From positions 862,044 to 926,043 of the forward strand of contig JBJBEO010000001.1 in NCBI GenBank assembly GCA_047284725.1: a DNA stretch of 64,000 nt, read 5' to 3'. This stretch comes from Synechococcus sp. Its GTDB lineage: Bacteria > Cyanobacteriota > Cyanobacteriia > PCC-6307 > Cyanobiaceae. Below, in pieces: positions 42,916-49,900 of this stretch (position 1 is the first letter of the stretch; each line of letters opens with the position of its first letter). The notes below the pieces were generated by a model. That model searched no databases and was not told the origin of the DNA. It saw only the letters and a program-made list of their open reading frames with translations. The position numbers were made by a program, and so were the translations under genes.

Positions 42916-43896
42916 ATGCATTCTTTCATAGGTCCTGAATCCTCAGTTGGTCCGAGATTTAATCCAACACGTCTGAAACATTTATTTCACTACGACGATT
43001 ATGTTGAAGTGACTATGCACTTCAAGTGCAATCTGAAGTGCGTTCATTGCATGATAGAAAATACTATGGATTGGCTAGAGCCTGAAGGCCTGACTCGTCT
43101 CGAAGAAGTATGTGCCTATAACGACCAATATCGACGCTGGAGGGGAATTATCTTTACTGGTTCAGAAGTCACTCTTAATGCAGACTTGCCAAAGTGGGTA
43201 AATATGGCACGTCATCATGGTTTCGAGCGAGTGCGGATCCAGACCAACGGTATTCGATTGTCTGACTACGCATATTGCCGAGAGTTAATTGATGGCGGTG
43301 TCAATGAATTCTTCATAAGTGTCACAGCGGCCGATGCCGAAACCCATGATTCGATTACGAAAGTCAAGGGGTCGTTTGAAAAGACAATTCGTGGTTTGCA
43401 TAATCTCGATTCATTCAATGATGTTGTCTCGATCACAAATACTGTCGTTACCACTCTCTCCTTCACACACTTGCCAATACTTGTGCGAGAACTTGGACAC
43501 CTGAAGAACCTGGCTCGTATGGACTTCTGGAATTTCTGGCCGATGAATGAAAATGACGACAAGGATCTGATTGCTTCTCATCTGGATGTCTTGCCATGCC
43601 TTCGAGACGCCATCGCAGAGGCACACAAGCTCGGTCGAGCCGTCGAAGTTAAGAACTTTCCCGAATGTTTGCTTGCTGATGATGGTCAATCATTAGATAA
43701 TGGACAGCCAAAGCTTGTGATTGATCCAGCCTTCTGGCCTGAGTTTATGCGTAATGGATTCAATCAGTGTGTCTTTCGTGACCAGTGTGGTTCTGTTAAA
43801 TGTCTAGGTTTGAATACCGCTTATGTGAAGAAGTACGGATGGCACGAAGATGTTTTGGTGCCATTGCCTGTTCTGGAGTCCTTCGACAATGCATGA
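42916..43896 (+). CDS. Radical SAM enzyme with additional C-terminal cysteines
   Basis: CNLKCVHC (C-x3-C-x2-C) at 43027-43050, a GGVNEFFISV-type barrel strand, and extra Cys at residues 251, 285, 291 and 296 (43666-43803). Confidence 0.85.
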   Translation: MHSFIGPESSVGPRFNPTRLKHLFHYDDYVEVTMHFKCNLKCVHCMIENTMDWLEPEGLTRLEEVCAYNDQYRRWRGIIFTGSEVTLNADLPKWVNMARHHGFERVRIQTNGIRLSDYAYCRELIDGGVNEFFISVTAADAETHDSITKVKGSFEKTIRGLHNLDSFNDVVSITNTVVTTLSFTHLPILVRELGHLKNLARMDFWNFWPMNENDDKDLIASHLDVLPCLRDAIAEAHKLGRAVEVKNFPECLLADDGQSLDNGQPKLVIDPAFWPEFMRNGFNQCVFRDQCGSVKCLGLNTAYVKKYGWHEDVLVPLPVLESFDNA

Positions 43897-45082
43897 ATCC
43901 TCTTCGATAAATGCTGATGCCGTTCGGATCTTTATTGAAGCAGACGGCATTGTGCTTGAGCTCGGGCACAAAGTAACCCCAGATGGAAGTGAATCTGATG
44001 TGATTAAAGGCCTATCTCGTATAAAGCTCACTCCACAGACCTTTCGTCGTTTTGGACTGGCATTGCATGATGCAATAAGTCTGTTGCCCAAAGAGTCTGT
44101 TCTTCGTTCTGGATCGATTCCGACTCCAACGCCACAACGCTCTTCCGCTGCAAAAGCCTCGCTGGAAGAGTTGCTTGATCCCACCATCAACCTTTCCTCA
44201 TCCTCAGCGCCGACACCGATTTCAAGCCAGGATGCACAGCGGGTGTTCAAGCTGATTGCCAGTCTCGGTGCACCTTATGTCCATGAGCGCTCTTTTCGGT
44301 TCCGTGAAGGAGAGTTATTGCCCAATCGATTCCTGCTGACTGTTGGACGCTCAGGCAACGGCAGCACTTCCGATGATGCTTTGATGGACCTATTCACTAA
44401 CCTTTCCCTTCCTGCACCATTCCTCGAAGCTGCCCGCCAGCACATTTCGGCGGCCCGCTGTATACATGTTGGCTTTGAGGGAGACGGCGACAGTCCGCTG
44501 CTGAAGGTCTATTTGGAGATTGGAGGTCCTGACCAAATTAATCAGTCAACGCCTGATGCCGCAGTCCTTGAGCACATTGCGTACAAGTGGGACGTAAGAA
44601 ACAGGGAACGACGAACCGTTGCTCGTTACTGGTGGTATCCATACCTAAATGCCAGTGAATTGAAGAAACGAGTTGTTGAATTGTATGCAGATCATGATTT
44701 AGAGGCTCAGGATATTGCCCTTGGTGCCATTGAAATGGCAGCGCAAAAGATGCCTGAACGTGACATTCACTACCTTGAGGTCGAAGAAGAGGGCAACCCA
44801 AGGCGTTCTTACTCGATCAATTTTTATGATGCGGGACTTCAGGTCCGGGATTTGCATACATTGCTGGCACGCATGAGAAACTATTTTGATGTATCGCCAG
44901 GGAAGTTTCAGATGCTCTATGACCAGATTAAGACAAGGCGTTTGGGACACATCGCTGGAGGAATTCACCGCAATGGAAAAGGCTTTTTTAATGTCTACTA
45001 TGGTCCTCAGTTCATGGATTACGATTGTCAGGGCCATTGGCGCAGTGCTGTGTTTAGGGGCAAAGACAACTGCGATTTCTGA
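43889..45082 (+). CDS. Unknown protein X (397 aa): DUF3467-like N-domain, Pro/Ser linker, C-domain related to protein Y
   Basis: ATG 43889 overlaps the radical SAM stop by 8 nt (ATGcaTGA). The N-domain contains RIKLTPQTFRRFGLALHDAI. The C-domain shows beta-hairpin signatures (LLKVYLEIGG, IAYKWDV, GFFNVYYG). Confidence 0.7.
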   Translation: MHESSSINADAVRIFIEADGIVLELGHKVTPDGSESDVIKGLSRIKLTPQTFRRFGLALHDAISLLPKESVLRSGSIPTPTPQRSSAAKASLEELLDPTINLSSSSAPTPISSQDAQRVFKLIASLGAPYVHERSFRFREGELLPNRFLLTVGRSGNGSTSDDALMDLFTNLSLPAPFLEAARQHISAARCIHVGFEGDGDSPLLKVYLEIGGPDQINQSTPDAAVLEHIAYKWDVRNRERRTVARYWWYPYLNASELKKRVVELYADHDLEAQDIALGAIEMAAQKMPERDIHYLEVEEEGNPRRSYSINFYDAGLQVRDLHTLLARMRNYFDVSPGKFQMLYDQIKTRRLGHIAGGIHRNGKGFFNVYYGPQFMDYDCQGHWRSAVFRGKDNCDF

Positions 45083-45084
45083 CT

Positions 45085-45954
45085 ATGCATATCAACGACC
45101 GCTTCGAATATATCACTGAGAAAGATTTATATCATAATTATTGCCTCTGGCCCTACCTGCCAGTTACTGCTTCCATCGACAAGTTTCGCTCTATCAATCT
45201 TCTCTATCACGCTTTTGACGTTGCAGAAATCGATCACCGTATTTTTGATTTTGTCGAGGCGATACGTGATGGCATTGGCAGCTTCCGCACGGTGTGGGGA
45301 ACTAAACTCATTAACAATAATTTGGCATGGGAATTTTACTTCTATGACTATGGGAGGCGTGTACGCGAGCTTTCGATCAGCAGGTTGATCAAGATTTTGG
45401 CGCCATTCACGCACTGCTCCGTTTCAGTCAACGAAAATATCAATTATTTTATGTTTTCGTTTGATGTCGATCAAGAGCTGATTACAGGTGCTCGTCAGCT
45501 TGATATTGTTCACATGTATCTCGGTAATGCTGGAAGCACTGTCTCCTCAGGAATTTCCTACGCCCTGAGCCAGCAGTCATCCCGCCTCGAGAATCTGTAT
45601 TACTTCTTCGAAGTGCCGTCCATGTTGCAACAGGTGATGGACAAGGTTGGTGACTCGGCCTACGTCGATGAAGCAGCGATTCCTATGGATTTTTTGGTGT
45701 GGCCGGAGCTTCGATCATGCACCACTATCTGTGTGGCCAACAAACAGAGCAATGACACAATTTACTTTTCTGGGTGCACTGTAGATCAGCTTTTGTACTT
45801 TCTGATTCGGATTGGGTATCCAAGTAAGATCATTGACTTTGTGCAGTCTAATCGCAATAATCTTGACCATCTTCTTTACGACGTGGGTTATGATTACCGC
45901 ACGAAGGGTGATAAGGTTGAGATCGTCAAGAGTGGCTATTACGGGATATTTTGA
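45085..45954 (+). CDS. Unknown protein Y (289 aa), paralogous to the C-domain of X
   Basis: ATG lies 2 nt after the X stop. Five aromatic-rich hairpin signatures are present (LAWEFYFYDYG, YFMFSFDV..IVHMYLG, ISYAL..LYYFFEV, ICVANK..IYFSG, LLYDVGYDY..EIVKSGYYGIF). Confidence 0.7.
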   Translation: MHINDRFEYITEKDLYHNYCLWPYLPVTASIDKFRSINLLYHAFDVAEIDHRIFDFVEAIRDGIGSFRTVWGTKLINNNLAWEFYFYDYGRRVRELSISRLIKILAPFTHCSVSVNENINYFMFSFDVDQELITGARQLDIVHMYLGNAGSTVSSGISYALSQQSSRLENLYYFFEVPSMLQQVMDKVGDSAYVDEAAIPMDFLVWPELRSCTTICVANKQSNDTIYFSGCTVDQLLYFLIRIGYPSKIIDFVQSNRNNLDHLLYDVGYDYRTKGDKVEIVKSGYYGIF

Positions 45955-46577
45955 ATCAATCCTATTCGACAAGAATAGTCGTGGCTGTTTCTGCACCGGT
46001 TGGTGGTGGTAAAACCTCTCTGGTGCGTGGTCTGGCGCAGGCTATGGATGGTGTTCCTTTTCATTTCGATCACTACGAAGACCTGACTCAATTGCCGCTT
46101 GAAGAAGTGAAGGCATGGCTCCATTTCGGTGCCGAGATTGCAGACCTTTCGATTCCCGCACTGACGGATGACCTGATGGATCTGAAGCATGCCAGCTCAC
46201 CGGCCGTACCCGCCAGTGGAGTGGCCATTCAAACCGCTCAATTTGTCTTTTTTGAGACCCCGTTTGCCCGGTGCCACCTTGAGTTAGATAATCTCATTGA
46301 CTTAGCGATCTGGATTGACACACCTCTCGACGTCGCTTTGGCCCGCAACATACGGGAGTTCATGCGGCAACCTGAGTTGAGATCGAAATTGTCTGCGTGG
46401 CTTCCTGACTACCTTGATGGCTATCTCGACGCAGTGCGTGACATGCTGTTGATGCAGCAGGAGACTGTTGGTCGTGCAGCAGATATCACCCTTGATGGGA
46501 CAGCCGATCTAGCGACAAACTTATCCATCGCAGAAAGAGAGATACGCAGGCTTCTGAAAAACAGATCATGCGACTGA
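45951..46577 (+). CDS. P-loop kinase of the uridine-kinase/PRK-like type
   Basis: Walker A (SAPVGGGKTS) at 45993-46019, then IWIDTPLDVALARNIRE. TTG start overlaps the Y stop (TTGA); a GTG start is possible a few codons downstream. Confidence 0.75.
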   Translation: MNQSYSTRIVVAVSAPVGGGKTSLVRGLAQAMDGVPFHFDHYEDLTQLPLEEVKAWLHFGAEIADLSIPALTDDLMDLKHASSPAVPASGVAIQTAQFVFFETPFARCHLELDNLIDLAIWIDTPLDVALARNIREFMRQPELRSKLSAWLPDYLDGYLDAVRDMLLMQQETVGRAADITLDGTADLATNLSIAEREIRRLLKNRSCD

Positions 46578-46646
46578 TATTTGACTCCTATTGGACAGTG
46601 TCTTCTTTCTGAATCAATGTGGGCAAAGCCTATGGCTCCGGTTCCT

Positions 46647-46940
46647 TTAACCTTTGAATGCGCCGTAACGCTTGACATGCTCTGACAATACGGTTTGGCT
46701 GACCTTGGCTAGTTCCTTGGCGACAGATGGGGTTAGGTGAATTCGATCGGTGAGCTTAGCTTGCCACTCACCCTCAGTTAATCCGGGCTCAGTGCGTCCA
46801 AATAGCAAGGTTATATCCTCACCAGAGCACGACACATTGCAGACATCTGCGAAGGACGTTGACAGGTTCTTGTCGTCCCAGGGGGCTTTACGGCTCTGGC
46901 TAGAAAGTTGCATGCTCGCAGAGGAATTAGGGGGGGTCAT
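46647..46940 (-). CDS. DUF3467-like small protein
   Basis: ITLLFG...RIHLTPSVAKELAKVSQTVLSEHVKRYGAF matches the DUF3467 pattern as I remember it (EFVLDF...RIILTPQHAKRLL.AL..N..KYE..FG). It starts 22 nt after the giant gene stop on the same strand. Confidence 0.7.
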   Translation of the reverse strand: MTPPNSSASMQLSSQSRKAPWDDKNLSTSFADVCNVSCSGEDITLLFGRTEPGLTEGEWQAKLTDRIHLTPSVAKELAKVSQTVLSEHVKRYGAFKG

Positions 46941-46962
46941 GAGAAGTTAATGGTAGTAATAA

Positions 46963-49900
46963 TCACTTCCGGCGAAAGAGGCCTAACAATGGATCCAAGA
47001 GCTCCTGCCCCCAGCCGAGAACGTGAAGCCTCCTTCTTGCCTCTGGGGCCGTAGGAATGTGATTTTTAATTCTCGCCTCTTTTAACGTGTTATCTGGACT
47101 CCTCCTGTCAGAGGTGACCTCGGCAGTAGTCAGTGTTGAAGTTTCCAGCTCAACATCTTGAACATCGATCGTGTCAAGGAGTCTGCGCTGCTCTGCGCTG
47201 AGTCGACGCTTCTGCTCCCAAATTGCAATCGCAGCAGCGCGTGTGTTCTCCAGAATCTGTGGCTGGATGTTTGGCAGCGATTTGCTCCCGTCCCCAGATT
47301 CAGTTAGCCTGTCTGCATCAGGATTCACGCTGGCGATGAGGTTTTCCTCATGCATCTCAGGCAGATGGCGCACACCAGCTTCCAGCATCTGTTCCATGAG
47401 CCCCTTCTCCTCATGGGATATACCGATAAGGTGTCCGATCTCGTGGAGCTGCACAGTTAAGAGATCCATTTGGTCGTAGGCGGACGATTCACTTGCCGCA
47501 ACATAGAAGCCTTCGTCAATTTCTTCGAACTCCTCATTGACATTAGGAGTTGCATCAATGAACCAGCCATGACCGGCCGCATCGAAATCGAGCGTGATGG
47601 TGTTGCCCTCAGCTGTTGCAAGGATGGAACCTTCAAGATCGTCCACACGTAGATCCACCGAATCAAGGAAGGTGAGTTGGGATTCAGATAGCTGGGCGGA
47701 CTGATCCCAAAGATCGATGGCTGTTGAGAAGGTGCTGTAAAGCAGCTTGCGGTCCACCTCATATAGTCCTTCGCTGTTGGTTTCTGCTCCGGTAACTCCT
47801 GCTCTCGAGTCGGGGGTACCACCGGCAAGAATGTTTTCGGAGTCTTGATGGGCCAAGTTGGGAGTATTCGTTCTAATGCGGAAGTTATCGAAAATACTGC
47901 TCCCGCCCAGGGTCATAAGGCCTACCTCACCGTCTACGACTATGCCGTTGTAGTTGTAGCCGATGACCGCATTGCCGTTTACGTTGACACTCACGGATCG
48001 GCCTTTGAGCGACACTTCGAGGTCATACTCGGTCAGCTCGTTTAGAGTCCATGCCGCCGAGGCGTCGTGGATTATTCCGGAATCCCTGTAGTGACCAATG
48101 ACCACCTGGTCGGCGTCTTCATCCAGGATGGCGAACTTGAAGTCATCTTCCTTGTAGTAGTCGAATACCACTCCACCGAAGGATTTGACTTTGAGATCAG
48201 TCCAGATGTTGAGGTACGAATCGTAGGCAATGTTCAAGCCGATGGTCGACAGTGCCACGTTGTCGCCAATTGCTGTGGCTTCGTACTTCTCGGTTTGCGA
48301 GTTGACCGTCCACGTGTCTTTTTGGACCACGAAGTCATCGGCGATGCCGTCGGAAAAGTCTTCGGTCTCATCGTAGGTGTAATCCGGAGGCAAAACCTTG
48401 ACGAAGACATCGTCAATGCGGGCCTTGGAGTCATAAGAGCCGATACCTATTAGTCCGTTATTGAGGTTGTACTGGAAACCATCATCATCGATACGTGGCT
48501 CGTAAACGTGGGTGAAGATATCCTTGCCATCAATTACTAACGATGCCGTTAAGCCGTTGATTGACAGAAGCACGCTGTAGTCCTTGTTGGGCCTGAGCTT
48601 GGCATTCGTCTGTTTGATCTCGTGCCAGCCGCTCGCATCGCGATAGCCCATTTCCAACTTGTCGTTGGAAATGTTGACCCCGGCCCACTTGAAGTCTGTT
48701 GGGTTCTGGTAGTCGAAGACGATGTAGCTGTTCGCTTTCGAGCCGCCGATGGGCTTGGCGGCGTTGATCGTCGCCTCGATTTCGTAGTAGATCGGCAGGT
48801 ACTCGTCGAGGTAGTAAACAGCAACGGCATCCCCGCCGGGCGTAGCTGGTGCCACCTCGAGACGGCCCTGATTGACGTTGAAGACTCCGCTGTCGACCAG
48901 GAATCGCTCATTGGTGCCATTGTTGAAGTCGGCACCTCGCAGCACGTCGCGGCTGCCGCCAGGGATGTTGCCTGGCTGCGGATCCTGAGGAGCACCTGTC
49001 TGTTCTTGCCATAGAGCATTGTCTTTCTGGGTGGTCAGCCCCAGTTCTCCGTTGGGCTCCCCATTGCGATCGGGGTTGTTGAACGTGTCTGCCGCGCGCG
49101 TCTGATCGGCGCCTTGGCTCTCCGAAAGGTCATAGAGGAAGTCGAACAGCGCTGGCGTGACTTGACGACTCACAGTACCAAGGCCGAATGCCGCGAACGG
49201 CACCAAATAGCTGTTGTACTCGCCGACCCAGTCAATCAGACGGTCGCCACCTGTATTGGCGATGAGCACATCCATCCCCGCGCCACCGAAGGCTCGATCC
49301 TCCCAGAAAGGATGGGTCTCCGGCTGGTCGTTGAGCTCACCGTTGGTGCCCAAGACATCGTCGGCGTTGAGCACGTCATTGCCCCAGCCACCGTAGATGC
49401 TGTCAGTTCCCGTACCTCCGACCAGCCAATCGTTGCCAAGGTCACCAAAAAGTACGTCAGCGCCATCGTCGAATGCGGTTCCGTACTCCAGATGTTGCTG
49501 TAATTTCGCACCTGTGTCTTTGTCGTCGAAGTTCAGGAACCACTCGAAGCCGTCGGTGGTTTTGTTGAGCGAGCCGTCAACGTTAAGCTCGATCTTGCGC
49601 AGTGGATCGAACTCGTCGTAAACCGCGAACTCTCCGTCGCGCTCACTTGAAAAGCGCAGTGCGTCCCCTGGGTTGAACGGTCTTGCCCAGTCGCTGCGCT
49701 GGATGGTGATGATGCCGTTGCCATCGTCGACCTGCGTGTAAGCCAGGGTCAGCGCCTCGGCTCCCGACATCGCGTCATCACCCGAGCCGCCGTGCAGGAA
49801 GTCGGCCTGAAGGCCGCCGAAGATGATGTCGTTGTAATTGTCCGAGGCGTCCCAGAGCTGATTGTCGAAGCCTTGGGTGATCGGGTTCACGTTGAACGGC

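Larger units (their letters stand above)
40629..46962. other. Low-GC accessory island (no integrase, transposase or tRNA seen)
   Basis: Hand-counted 60-nt lines give 38% GC (43021-43080) and 45% (41101-41160), against 67% (39301-39360) in the flanking helicase gene. Gene content is non-core. Confidence 0.6.
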
